A stretch of 64,000 nt of DNA from an uncultured virus (IMG/VR IMGVR_UViG_3300013121_000030) (IMGVR_UViG_3300013121_000030:128001-192000); one strand, 5' to 3'; counted from the first letter of the stretch, positions 40,269-49,099 are shown. The notes: generated from the sequence alone by a model not told the origin. Program-made: numbers and translations.

Positions 40269-41098
40269 ACCTCAACAGAGGTGGGCCCTTCGATTCGCAG
40301 AACCCCGTGCCCCCCTGGGGAGGAGCTGGTGATTTTTACGGTTCCCTCAAAACGAGAGATGTTGATTCCATGTGAGGAATCAATGGGCGAAGGGTTGGTA
40401 GGTACGGACGTGGGAAGGGAAGGCAGGGCAGGTGGGGCGGGGGGAGCAGGGAGAGCGGGCAGGGCAGGTGGGGCAGGTGGGAGGGAAGGTTTCTGGGAGA
40501 TGGAGTCCAAGATGGAGTTCATCTTCCGTGCGATGGAAGAGCCAACCTGGTCTCCACGAGCTACTTTGTAGCAAGTGGAGGAAGAGATCTTATCGCTGTA
40601 GAGTGATAGGAAAGTCCCCATGGACCACTCGCGCTCCTTGAGAAGAGCCAGGAATCGGACGGTCAGCTCTGGGGTCTCTGCTGGTGAAACAGGTTCCACA
40701 GGTGACAAGGACTCCGTGGAGCCCGAATCCGTGGATGACAACATGGATGGGATGGTCTTGAGGAGCTGAACATAGTCCAGGTCATCTGGTGAGAACATGG
40801 GTGATGGTGGATCTGTGGTGGGGGTCTTGGGGGCCCGAGTCACCTCAAGTGCGGAGGACAGTGTGTCTAGGTTGATCCGTGGAAGGATTCGGGGGATATC
40901 CTCGATATGGATGGCGATCTCTCCCTCACCAGAGGGAGCTAGATCGCCACGTGGCCCCACTCGTCGGACGAGATCGGCATTGTCGAGGGCCCATTCCTCA
41001 ATGTCTGTGATCTTCTGGACGCCATAGCCGAGAAGCTCTCGCGCAAAGACGAAGCCCTGGTCATGGAGAAGGCGGGTGGCGGAGGGGGAGATGGCCAT
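40187..41098 (-). CDS. Hypothetical Pro-rich protein with possible HTH
   Basis: Start ATG 41098 suggested by the GGGTAT motif; PALP/PAP repeat linker. Confidence 0.55.
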   Translation of the reverse strand: MAISPSATRLLHDQGFVFARELLGYGVQKITDIEEWALDNADLVRRVGPRGDLAPSGEGEIAIHIEDIPRILPRINLDTLSSALEVTRAPKTPTTDPPSPMFSPDDLDYVQLLKTIPSMLSSTDSGSTESLSPVEPVSPAETPELTVRFLALLKEREWSMGTFLSLYSDKISSSTCYKVARGDQVGSSIARKMNSILDSISQKPSLPPAPPALPALPAPPAPPALPSLPTSVPTNPSPIDSSHGINISRFEGTVKITSSSPGGHGVLRIEGPTSVEVHLGPGIRIVSSVSASGSPLLEISISP

Positions 41099-41121
41099 GT
41101 GCGATGGTATACCCTGGCGCT

Positions 41122-41149
41122 TGTAAGGTGAGATGACACGTGCTACTCT
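41122..41149 (+). promoter_or_regulatory. Class A promoter motif
   Basis: tgtaa ggtgagatgaca cgtgctactct, 6 nt before ATG 41156. Confidence 0.75.
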
Positions 41150-41155
41150 CGCGGC

Positions 41156-41623
41156 ATGGAACACACCACGTGTGGAGAGAAAGATTGCGGTACAGTCTCC
41201 TGCTACGTCAGGATGCGGCGCCAGGGGGTCAACTGTCCTCGCTGCAAGCAAGCTAAGGCTCTCTATGAGAGAGCCCGAAGAGTTCTTCCCCCAGAGCTTG
41301 TGGGGGCAGGAGATCCCGAAAGGGTAGCAGAAGACATTATCATTCAGACACTCCTACTCAGTTCAGAGGGGAGGCCGCTCAAAGAAGTAGCGGAAATCGC
41401 GGGGGTCCCAGTTTCGAGGTTGTATCGAATGGGACCTTCGCCAATTCCTCCTGTGTCCGCCTCCCCCAAGTGCGGGGAGCTGCGAAAGTATCGGGGTGGG
41501 TGTCGGTGTGATGCGTGTAAGGAGGCGAATCGTCTCCATTCATATAAGTATCGACCCAAAAAGGTGGGGAAGAGAATGTCTTCCATCCTCCCACACCAAG
41601 ACGTGGGCGTGGCGGTAATGTAG
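41156..41623 (+). CDS. Zn-finger/HTH DNA-binding protein
   Basis: CGT..CY..CPRCK, HTH LKEVAEIAGVPVSRLYR, Y.GGCRCDAC. Confidence 0.65.
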   Translation: MEHTTCGEKDCGTVSCYVRMRRQGVNCPRCKQAKALYERARRVLPPELVGAGDPERVAEDIIIQTLLLSSEGRPLKEVAEIAGVPVSRLYRMGPSPIPPVSASPKCGELRKYRGGCRCDACKEANRLHSYKYRPKKVGKRMSSILPHQDVGVAVM

Positions 41624-41625
41624 GG

Positions 41626-42279
41626 ATGATGCGCGATGATACAGACCGGATAGGAGAGATTCTGGAGCACCTGAGGAAGTTGTCTGAGGCAGTGCAGACA
41701 CTGATCCGTCTCCAACTTGGGGAGGGTGGCTCCAAAGAGAAGTCTCAAGAAAATTCCAAGGTAATTAGCCCAATCGTGCCTGAGGATGTGGAGGTCATCG
41801 GGAAGGACTTGAGCATATCTCCCTTACACTGTGAGGTAATGTGGGAGATTAAAACCTCCCTCACATCTCTGAGAGTTGGGGAAGGAACTTCTTTTGTTAC
41901 CGAAAGTCGAGGTCTCGTTGAGGCTTCAAAGATTCTCGTAGGGCAGAGAATAGCCCTCGTTCATGGGGTGGGGGAGTTTTCTTTCTGGGAATATGTGGAA
42001 GTCCTTGAAGTTTTGAAGAAAGAGGGTGGGGACGCCAAACGAATTGACAGTGTATCTCCAGTCTTTGCGCAGTTGGGGCCAGAAAAATGGGTCCTTCCGG
42101 TAGGTCCGGTTGAGGATCGGTGTCTGCCTCCAGAAAAGGTTGGAGATGCGGATCCGGACGAATTTGACGAAGTTCTTCGTCAAGTTGAGAGTGCAGGTTT
42201 CAAAATCAAGGCAGTGTCGAACTTCGTCCTCGATGGGAGTTCGACTCGGGAATATGTGATAGAGGGTCTCCCTAAATAG
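41626..42279 (+). CDS. Hypothetical protein with degenerate Hint-like segment
   Basis: LRVGEGTSFVTESRGLVEASKILVGQRI. Confidence 0.5.
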   Translation: MMRDDTDRIGEILEHLRKLSEAVQTLIRLQLGEGGSKEKSQENSKVISPIVPEDVEVIGKDLSISPLHCEVMWEIKTSLTSLRVGEGTSFVTESRGLVEASKILVGQRIALVHGVGEFSFWEYVEVLEVLKKEGGDAKRIDSVSPVFAQLGPEKWVLPVGPVEDRCLPPEKVGDADPDEFDEVLRQVESAGFKIKAVSNFVLDGSSTREYVIEGLPK

Positions 42280-42313
42280 ATAGGGAGAGGCCCCTGAAAG
42301 CCTCTCCCTATCT
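42278..42313. terminator. Hairpin between convergent genes
   Basis: agatagggagaggc-N8-gcctctccctatct. Confidence 0.7.
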
Positions 42314-42328
42314 CCTCGCTGCGGATCG

Positions 42329-42871
42329 TTATCGACGGGCAGCAGTCTTCTTTTTCTCCGAAACTACAATCGGAACATCCACAATGGGCTGCTTCAGTTC
42401 CGAGGGGGAAGATGCCTCGACAGTTGGCCCCAACTCAGTCCTGGACCTGTCCAGAAGTTCGGTGAGATTGTCCGTGGGGATGCTCGTCCACACCTCCTTG
42501 AGGTCCGAGAGAGCTTCGAGTGCGATGGGGATGATCGTGGCAAGGAGCTGGTTGCCCTCTGCTGTCATCACTGCCTTCTCTCCCCGAGCAGCAACAGTTT
42601 GGATTTTGCTGGCCGTTCCCTCGCCGAACTTGCTGTCCAGCAGGTTGGCGAAAACGCCCGCAAGGGCGTGGACTACCGCGGGGGAAGCCAGGTTGAGGAG
42701 TGTTTGAGCAACTGGGTGCTCCACAAACTCCTCTGGGACACCTGCCTTCTTGAGGGCCATGGAGAAGGTGGCCGTTGTAGCATGAGCAGCCTGGACCAGG
42801 GCGATGTCCTGTGCTGCCCCTGAGAGGGCCGATGCGGCCATGGAAAGGGTCGATTGAGTTTCAGAAGTCAT
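42329..42871 (-). CDS. Hypothetical helical protein
   Basis: Resembles the C-terminal domain of gene 43135; GGGTAT motif 10 nt upstream. Confidence 0.65.
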   Translation of the reverse strand: MTSETQSTLSMAASALSGAAQDIALVQAAHATTATFSMALKKAGVPEEFVEHPVAQTLLNLASPAVVHALAGVFANLLDSKFGEGTASKIQTVAARGEKAVMTAEGNQLLATIIPIALEALSDLKEVWTSIPTDNLTELLDRSRTELGPTVEASSPSELKQPIVDVPIVVSEKKKTAARR

Positions 42872-43134
42872 CGTGCGCCTAATACCCAGATATGGGACTC
42901 ATGGTTTTCATCCCATGAGAGATTCCAGAATGCAGGATCCGCAAGCTCTTCTGGAGTCTCCACAAAGGACGAAGGAAACACCAAACGACAGGGAAGATTC
43001 CCACAGGTGCGTGAAATCTCCACACAGGGGCCCAAGGGAAGAACCCATCGATCTGAGCCCGCGAACAGAAGTCCTGAGGTAGGAGAGGTGAGCTTCTTCG
43101 CTGGGGCCACATCCCCTCTCACCACAATTGTCAA
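42868..43134 (-). CDS. Small hypothetical protein
   Basis: Coupled to both neighbours; contains WVLPLGP. Confidence 0.5.
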   Translation of the reverse strand: MTIVVRGDVAPAKKLTSPTSGLLFAGSDRWVLPLGPCVEISRTCGNLPCRLVFPSSFVETPEELADPAFWNLSWDENHESHIWVLGAR

Positions 43135-45360
43135 TCATACTGGGTTTCGGGAGGGGTTGTGTGCGTGGTCCTTGATGTGCGCGACAAATGATGAGGGGGA
43201 AGGTCTCGGCTTTGTGAGAGCCTTGTGTGTAGAGATCTCCAGAGCTTCAGCCTCCTTCAAGAAGACCTCGGCGTGGTCCTGAACGTGGGGCCAGAGGGAC
43301 TGAATGAAGTCCGTGCCCATTTGGGCGAGGACTGATTGAAGGGCCTCTCGACTCCATTGTTGGAGGCGGACGTTTTGGAGTCGGACACCCACGGCGTGAG
43401 CCGCGATGGGCGTGAGGACCATGAGGATGGATTGGGTCGCTGGGGACTCGGGGAGACCCATCCGTTTGAGGAGGTGGGCCGCTAGATGTGAAACGAGGGC
43501 AGCAGTTGCGCGTCCCCCGATGCCTATGAAAGCTTCTACAGTCTTCTCTTGCAACATCTTCGCGGTTTTTTGGGCCTCTTCTGTCTTCCCAGGTGGGGAA
43601 ATGGTGTTATCTTCATGGCTAGGAGCGTCGTTGGAGACCTCCGCAACGTCTACGTTCTTATATATGTGGGCGTAGAACACCTTGGCATCGCCGCTGACTT
43701 GGGCATCGCCGTAGACTTGGGCATCGCCGTAGACTTGGGCATCGCCGTAGACTTGGGCAGTGCCATAAATTAGGGCTTTGCCATAAACTAAGGCTTTGCC
43801 TGACACCTTGGCATCGCCGCAAATTATGGCGTTGTCAAATATCTCGGTTTCTTCACTCACCATAGCTGAGTCGTAGACTTTGGCCTCGCCATAGACCTCG
43901 GCACGGCCAAAGACCTTGGCATTGTCGTAGACTTTGGCATTGCCGTAGACCTGGGCGTTGTCATAGACTTCGGCGTCGCCATAGACCTGGGCGTTGTCAT
44001 AGACTTCGGCGTCGCCATAGACTTCGGCGTCGCCATAGACTTCGGCGTTGCCGCCAACCTTGGCGTAGACCTTGGCGTTGCCGCCGACCTTGGCATTGTC
44101 GCAGACATTGGCGTTGTTGAGGACAATGGCATTGCCGCAAACAATAGCATTGTCGCAGACATTGGCGTTGTCGCAGACATTGGCGTTGTCGCAGACATTG
44201 GCATTGTCGTAGACTTTGGCATTGCCATAGACCTGGGCGTCGCCATAGACCTGGGCGTCGCCGCAGACAATGGCGTTGCCGTAGACAATGGCGTTGCCGT
44301 AGACTGCGGCGTCGCCATAGATCTCAGTGTTGCCATGGACCTGGGCCAAGTTCGTGACCTCGGCCTTGTCATGGACCTTGGCGTTGCCGTGGACCTTGGC
44401 ATTGCCGTAGACACGGGCTCCCCCAAAAACTACTGCCAGAGGTCCAACATAGGCTGTTTGGTCCACATGGGCTGTGGACTCCACCCAACCCCCGCCATTC
44501 GTATGGCGATGCCATTTTTTGGCGAGAATGGCGTCCACCTGAAGAAAGGTTTGATTGGACCAGAGAGCATCATAGACCGTTTTAGTCCAACAGTGGTTTG
44601 TGACCCACGCAACTTGGACTCCATCACGAGTGAGGACCCCCCATTGGGGGTGAATATGGGCATTAGGGAACTCCTCCCTGAGTTCTTCCCGTGCCTCCTC
44701 CCCCCAAGCCTCGGGGAGGTGGATTAGGATGAGGGTTGGTGACTGAAATATCGAGTGGGTTCGCAGATTGTCCAAGTCGTCGAGGAGCTTTTGAGACCAG
44801 ATGCTCTTTTTTGGTGGAGGCTGAGTTGGTGAGGCCCTCGTCCATTCTTCCCCGTGGTGGAAAGAAATCTTGACCTCCTCGGCATCCGTGAAGAAGGACA
44901 ACGACTCCACGGGCCCCTCTACGATCGTCCTGGACACCGAATCCCAGAAGGTAGAGTTGTTTTTTGCAGCAGAGATTTGCTGCGACACCTCACTTGATTT
45001 GATTGGCATGGAAGTGATCGTGCTGCGTTCCACATCTTTTATGTGGGTTTGGAGCAAGATCTCATCCAAGATCTTCTCAAATTTGATTGGTGTGTTGGTC
45101 TCAACTCTTACTTGGAACGATTGTGGATTCCGGGAAAAGATGTTGATCACAACCCAGACGGCAATCAAATCCCGAATCCTGTAGGATACCGACTCCATTC
45201 GAGTCGGAATCCTAATATCCAGGGAGCGTCGGAAGGATAGGTCGGAAAGGAGAGAAGTGACCTGTTGGAGTATCCTGTTGAAGGATACAGATGCCGTGAC
45301 CCAGGTGGGGAGGTCCCACACAGTAGGGGTGGTCTTGTAAAAATCGTAAATGGAGGGCAT
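43135..45360 (-). CDS. Hexapeptide-repeat (left-handed beta-helix) protein
   Basis: NGGGWV..TAHVD.TAYVGP followed by a long (G/D)(N/D)AxV(Y/C) array; start suggested by the GGGTAT motif. Confidence 0.8.
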   Translation of the reverse strand: MPSIYDFYKTTPTVWDLPTWVTASVSFNRILQQVTSLLSDLSFRRSLDIRIPTRMESVSYRIRDLIAVWVVINIFSRNPQSFQVRVETNTPIKFEKILDEILLQTHIKDVERSTITSMPIKSSEVSQQISAAKNNSTFWDSVSRTIVEGPVESLSFFTDAEEVKISFHHGEEWTRASPTQPPPKKSIWSQKLLDDLDNLRTHSIFQSPTLILIHLPEAWGEEAREELREEFPNAHIHPQWGVLTRDGVQVAWVTNHCWTKTVYDALWSNQTFLQVDAILAKKWHRHTNGGGWVESTAHVDQTAYVGPLAVVFGGARVYGNAKVHGNAKVHDKAEVTNLAQVHGNTEIYGDAAVYGNAIVYGNAIVCGDAQVYGDAQVYGNAKVYDNANVCDNANVCDNANVCDNAIVCGNAIVLNNANVCDNAKVGGNAKVYAKVGGNAEVYGDAEVYGDAEVYDNAQVYGDAEVYDNAQVYGNAKVYDNAKVFGRAEVYGEAKVYDSAMVSEETEIFDNAIICGDAKVSGKALVYGKALIYGTAQVYGDAQVYGDAQVYGDAQVSGDAKVFYAHIYKNVDVAEVSNDAPSHEDNTISPPGKTEEAQKTAKMLQEKTVEAFIGIGGRATAALVSHLAAHLLKRMGLPESPATQSILMVLTPIAAHAVGVRLQNVRLQQWSREALQSVLAQMGTDFIQSLWPHVQDHAEVFLKEAEALEISTHKALTKPRPSPSSFVAHIKDHAHNPSRNPV
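43680..44412 (-). repeat. 18-bp coding tandem repeat array
   Basis: Units such as ggcatcgccgtagacttg and ggcgttgtcgcagacatt in near-identical runs. Confidence 0.9.
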
Positions 45361-45391
45361 CGGGGTGGATACCCAGAACCCCACAACCTGG

Positions 45392-45787
45392 TCAGAAATC
45401 TTCAACCAGTTGGAGGATCAGGTCGGAAGCCATGTCTGAATCCAGCGGGGGGATTTTGTCGGATTTTGAACGGAACGCGGTCAGGCGAGCAAGAGGAGTG
45501 TATTTCACAGCGATGTGTGGTTTTGAGGAGATCTGTTCAGGACCAAACATCAAGCTCAGCTCAAGTTCGTCTGAAGAGACGACGAAGCTAAATCCCTTTT
45601 TCTGTACTTGCCAAGATTCGTCGGGGAACAATGCTCTCAGCTTGGCAATCAGATCCCGAACCACGGAGGACAAGTAGCTCTCCATCAGATCTGATAATTG
45701 GTTGTGAAAAGATCGAGATGAGGCGGTCCTAAGGTTCGGACGCAATGGGACTCGGGGATGTGCCATGCACTTCTCCCGTAGAGTCAC
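45392..45787 (-). CDS. Hypothetical protein
   Basis: 131-aa ORF containing NLRTASS. Confidence 0.5.
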   Translation of the reverse strand: MTLREKCMAHPRVPLRPNLRTASSRSFHNQLSDLMESYLSSVVRDLIAKLRALFPDESWQVQKKGFSFVVSSDELELSLMFGPEQISSKPHIAVKYTPLARLTAFRSKSDKIPPLDSDMASDLILQLVEDF

Positions 45788-45799
45788 AGAATATTGGGG

Positions 45800-46675
45800 T
45801 CACTGGGGGCGCCAATCTGGGCGACAGCGAGTCCAAGTAGCCTCTCCCACAGGGAGGTTTTTGATGGCGCTCAGATTTGTGCTGAGGTAGAGCACCACAT
45901 CCGCAAGATCACGGACACATGCTCCAACCATCGGTTGGAATCCCGTGGGGGAGTTGAGGATCACCACGTCCCAACACTGGGGAGCGGTTTCCAGGTGCCT
46001 CCGAAGGAGCTTCATGCAGGGAAGGCCGTGTCCTTCGGTGTACAGAGACTCAAGGGAAAGCCTCCCCAGAAGCTCGGGGATCTTCTTCATGTCTGCCAAT
46101 TGCGTCGCAGGCAGAAGGTCTGGAGGTGGGGGGATATCATAACGAGGACGCCCCGCTGCATTCATATCGGCAGGGATGGGGCAGAATGGGGACTTCGGGG
46201 CAAAGGGATTGCGGGCCACAGCAACGCTATCCGGTCCCTTTTCTGTAAGATCCACCAGAAGGTCCAGGATTCCAGGCTGGGTCCACGGGACCTTGTAGTG
46301 GAAGGCCCACCTGTGGGAGAGCTTCGGTGTGTCAATGTCCATATCAATGATCAGGGTCTTGATCCCGAACCGGGCCAGGTTGTGGCCCAAAGTCCCACAA
46401 GCCCCTGTACGATCGTCTCCGCCAAAGAAGTCGCGGTCCACCCCACCAAAGAAGTCGTAAACTGTTGCGATAGTCATCTCCTTCTGCATGGAGAGGGTGC
46501 CCTTTCCTGTCCGCTTGAACTTCCCCTTGAGGGAGGTGATCTCCCGTGCCTTGAGGCAAGCATCCAGGGTCTCCTGGGCGGATCTGCGGTCCGCCGGGAA
46601 GAACTGATCAAAGAGTTCTTCTCGTGTAAGCCCCGGGGCGAGGCGTAGGACTTGGTGTCGGCGTAGTGATGGCAT
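45800..46675 (-). CDS. ParA/MinD-like (KGGVGR-type) pseudo-ATPase
   Basis: TVYDFFGGVDR, GHNLARFGIKTLIIDMD, GILDLL, DVVILNSPTG, ADVV. Confidence 0.6.
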   Translation of the reverse strand: MPSLRRHQVLRLAPGLTREELFDQFFPADRRSAQETLDACLKAREITSLKGKFKRTGKGTLSMQKEMTIATVYDFFGGVDRDFFGGDDRTGACGTLGHNLARFGIKTLIIDMDIDTPKLSHRWAFHYKVPWTQPGILDLLVDLTEKGPDSVAVARNPFAPKSPFCPIPADMNAAGRPRYDIPPPPDLLPATQLADMKKIPELLGRLSLESLYTEGHGLPCMKLLRRHLETAPQCWDVVILNSPTGFQPMVGACVRDLADVVLYLSTNLSAIKNLPVGEATWTRCRPDWRPQ

Positions 46676-46997
46676 TATATGACCTTGAACCCTAGCCCGA
46701 GAAGATCCCCCGGACGAATGGGATTGGCTCCACATTGGAGGTTGAACACTTCTCGAAGCTGTGGGGGATCTCCTATGAGTTCTGCTCCCCCGTTACGGGA
46801 ATCCGACACTAGGAGCCGCCACACCTCCGCATGTGGGTCCCTTTGAAGGGAGAGGCAGAGGTATCCTCCAGGAAAGGGATGGTGCAGACCTTCAATGTGC
46901 CTCTCTGAGGGGATCATTTCCTCCTCGACGGTGGAGAGGAAAATGATAATGGCGGTCTTTCGCGGGCTCTTGCCCGCCCCAGAGAGGCGGGGTTTCC

Positions 46998-47297
46998 TCA
47001 AGTCGCCCCAGGCCCGCTGCACTTGGGGCAGCGGTCGTTGCTCCACTGGATTTGGAGGAATCCAAGGTTGAAAAGACAATGGGGGCCGTCGTACCAGAAG
47101 TGGTCCTGACCGAAACCTTCCCACTGCCTGGACCACCACAACGCCCAGCATGTGGTGTGGGAAGTCCACCAGGAGACCTTTTCTGGGTCCCGACTCTGAA
47201 AGAAGATTCCCGCAGAGGAGCCATCAACTTTCAGGACGTACCTCCCGAGGCGCTTGTTGTGAGGTTGGAATTTGGGTTTGGTTGCGAACAGGATCAT
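46998..47297 (-). CDS. Trp-rich hypothetical protein
   Basis: ATGA-coupled; WYDGPH; C-terminal CPKC. Confidence 0.5.
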   Translation of the reverse strand: MILFATKPKFQPHNKRLGRYVLKVDGSSAGIFFQSRDPEKVSWWTSHTTCWALWWSRQWEGFGQDHFWYDGPHCLFNLGFLQIQWSNDRCPKCSGPGAT

Positions 47298-47488
47298 GTG
47301 CCCTTTTTGAGGTGCTGTGAGACCATCATGAAAATAAGGATGTCTCCCCACGACACGAGAAAGAAAAAGGCCCCCTTCAAGACCAGAGAAAATACTGATT
47401 TCTCATGGGGAAAGAGGAAGATGGCGATCAGGATCATCTGAGCAAGACAGACTGCCGCCGTGAGCCCCAAAATGAGATATCTCTTCAT
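47294..47488 (-). CDS. Small membrane protein
   Basis: Two hydrophobic segments; ggagg SD. Confidence 0.55.
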   Translation of the reverse strand: MKRYLILGLTAAVCLAQMILIAIFLFPHEKSVFSLVLKGAFFFLVSWGDILIFMMVSQHLKKGT

Positions 47489-47810
47489 CCAACACCTCCG
47501 TAGGTCGTGCGCTCCAGACGCCTCTTAAGGAACTCACCGATCTCAACAGTCAGTGCTTTCTTCTCGTGAGAGGGTGGGCCAAAGACGTCCCCGAAATTGG
47601 TATCCGCAAGGTACTTCAGGGTGCGTTCCATTCGTGAGGCGGCCTCCTCGAACGAGGTGCCGGCCACAGGAGGCAGAACCTCGGCCCACACACCCATGGA
47701 TGGGAACCGGGAACTCATGACGATGGGGGACCCGAGAACAGCCACCCCCCCCCCCCTGGAAGGACCGTGATGGGTGACATTGCGAAGGCTTGGTGTCGAA
47801 GCTGAGTCAT
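47485..47810 (-). pseudogene. Gene frameshifted at a G12 tract
   Basis: Promoter-defined ATG 47810 is out of frame with the downstream ORF; C12 at 47745-47756 on the + strand. Confidence 0.55.
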
Positions 47811-47816
47811 GGGTCG

Positions 47817-47845
47817 TGAGTAGCACGTGACGTGCTGTGTTACAC
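47817..47845 (-). promoter_or_regulatory. Class A promoter motif
   Basis: gtgtaa cacagcacgtca cgtgctactca, 6 nt before ATG 47810. Confidence 0.7.
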
Positions 47846-47863
47846 GGGGGTTGAGGTTCTGGG

Positions 47864-47936
47864 CGCTCCCGGCAGGACTCGAACCTGCATACGAGGGATT
47901 AGAAATCCCTTGCCTTATCCAGTCGGCCACGAGAGC
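47864..47936 (-). tRNA. tRNA-Arg(UCU)
   Basis: Acceptor GCTCTCG/CGGGAGC, anticodon arm AGGGA-TTTCTAA-TCCCT, T arm GCAGG-TTCGAGT-CCTGC; CCA not encoded. Confidence 0.92.
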
Positions 47937-47945
47937 GTGGTTTCT

Positions 47946-48119
47946 TCAGCGGATCTCTCCCGAGATGATATCAGGGGCCCTTTCGATCCCAGGCTCCCGG
48001 GGAGCAGGGATCGTTGGAAGGTGTGGATGGAGATACTCCGCCGTTGCCAGCCGATTTTCCATCACGGCAATGACCCACTGTCTCGTGGTGTCGTCCGTGG
48101 GGTTGGTGTCGTCGGACAT
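47946..48119 (-). CDS. Small hypothetical protein
   Basis: Directly downstream of a class A motif. Confidence 0.45.
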   Translation of the reverse strand: MSDDTNPTDDTTRQWVIAVMENRLATAEYLHPHLPTIPAPREPGIERAPDIISGEIR

Positions 48120-48127
48120 GATGTCCA

Positions 48128-48156
48128 TGTGTAGCACGTCCGTCGCGGACTTACAC
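48128..48156 (-). promoter_or_regulatory. Class A promoter motif
   Basis: gtgtaa gtccgcgacgga cgtgctacaca. Confidence 0.75.
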
Positions 48157-48426
48157 TCGGAACTTGGAAGAATCCCAGAAGAGGCGGAGGCTGAAACGGA
48201 GTTTTCTCACCTCGGAAGCTGCGCGAGTGGCGACAACCCGACTGGGATAGGGGCCATAGGATGTCCCCATGGACCAAGTGGGGTCTGTAGACCTCTCATG
48301 TTCGAGCGATTTTGAGGGGTCCACACTAACTCCAATTTTTGTGCGGCGGCCTGCACAGAGGACATAGACCCACCACTGGAGGGGTTGATGTGGGTACGAA
48401 GTACGTATGGCAGTCACGCACATCAC
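48151..48426 (-). CDS. Degenerate GIY-YIG-like protein
   Basis: WVYVLC..TKIGVSVDP..GPYPSR..A; start uncertain. Confidence 0.35.
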   Translation of the reverse strand: MMCVTAIRTSYPHQPLQWWVYVLCAGRRTKIGVSVDPSKSLEHERSTDPTWSMGTSYGPYPSRVVATRAASEVRKLRFSLRLFWDSSKFRV

Positions 48427-49099
48427 TTTTACCGGAGTGGATGGAACCGTTTCAGGGTCTGACCTTTTTCAGTGGGCCAAACGGTTGCCTTGCTCACCAT
48501 TTCAGGTGGAGCTGGGGTTTCTCTTCTCCTTGACCCGAGAGGGGTCAAGTCGATATCCGCAGATTGACCGCATTCCGTTCTTCTTGGAGATTGGCATTGA
48601 CATTGGAGTTCGTACTGCGGTGCATGTGTGTGGGGAGGCTGCACGGTTGTTGGCTTTCGAGGGAATCCTCCACCCAAGACTCTCTCCTCTCGTAGACTTG
48701 TGTGATCGAGTCCAAATTAACGTGGACTGGGAAGGGAGGGATCTGGAGAAGGGATTGGAGGTGATGAAGGGGCACCCCACAATAGGGTGGATTCTCCAGA
48801 GCCGTGATGCGGAGAAATTTCCAACTCCGCCAATTCCCAATTTGTTCTACCTCTTTGATGCTTCTGGGGGTAGGGGCAAGGAACCCGTGGCATGGCCTCC
48901 ATGCCCAAACGATCAGTGGGTCGGGTACGCAGGGGGGTTGGGCCCTGGGCGGGTTGGGCCTCTCTTGAAGGAATTGGAGCAGAAGTCTCCTGAGGGGAAG
49001 TTTTGGGTGGATATGGAGAGTTCCCTTTTTGAGGATGGTAAGTTTGAGTTAAGTCGATGCACGGAGGTGCTCCATGAGGCCAACAAATTGATTTTTTGA
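48407..49099 (+). CDS. TrpF-like TIM-barrel protein
   Basis: ITFTGVD, RVQIN, LFDASGGRG, GYAGGLGP, WVDMESS. Confidence 0.7.
   Translation: MAVTHITFTGVDGTVSGSDLFQWAKRLPCSPFQVELGFLFSLTREGSSRYPQIDRIPFFLEIGIDIGVRTAVHVCGEAARLLAFEGILHPRLSPLVDLCDRVQINVDWEGRDLEKGLEVMKGHPTIGWILQSRDAEKFPTPPIPNLFYLFDASGGRGKEPVAWPPCPNDQWVGYAGGLGPGRVGPLLKELEQKSPEGKFWVDMESSLFEDGKFELSRCTEVLHEANKLIF

Noticed and set aside
43680-44412. Tandem repeats as a CRISPR array or DGR
   Set aside because: They are contiguous 18-bp coding units with no spacers, and there is no reverse transcriptase or TR/VR pair in the window.
43857-44426. Alternative-frame repetitive ORF (SMATPRS repeats)
   Set aside because: A shadow frame of the 18-bp repeat array.
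47864-47936. Possible amber suppressor tRNA (CTA in the loop) and stop-codon recoding
   Set aside because: The 7-nt loop TTTCTAA puts TCT at 34-36, and TAG ends several clear genes (nrdJ, Mre11, primase, def).
47864-47936. tRNA as a prophage attachment site
   Set aside because: Phage-like genes and the same promoter motifs occur on both sides; no integrase or duplicated 3' end was seen.
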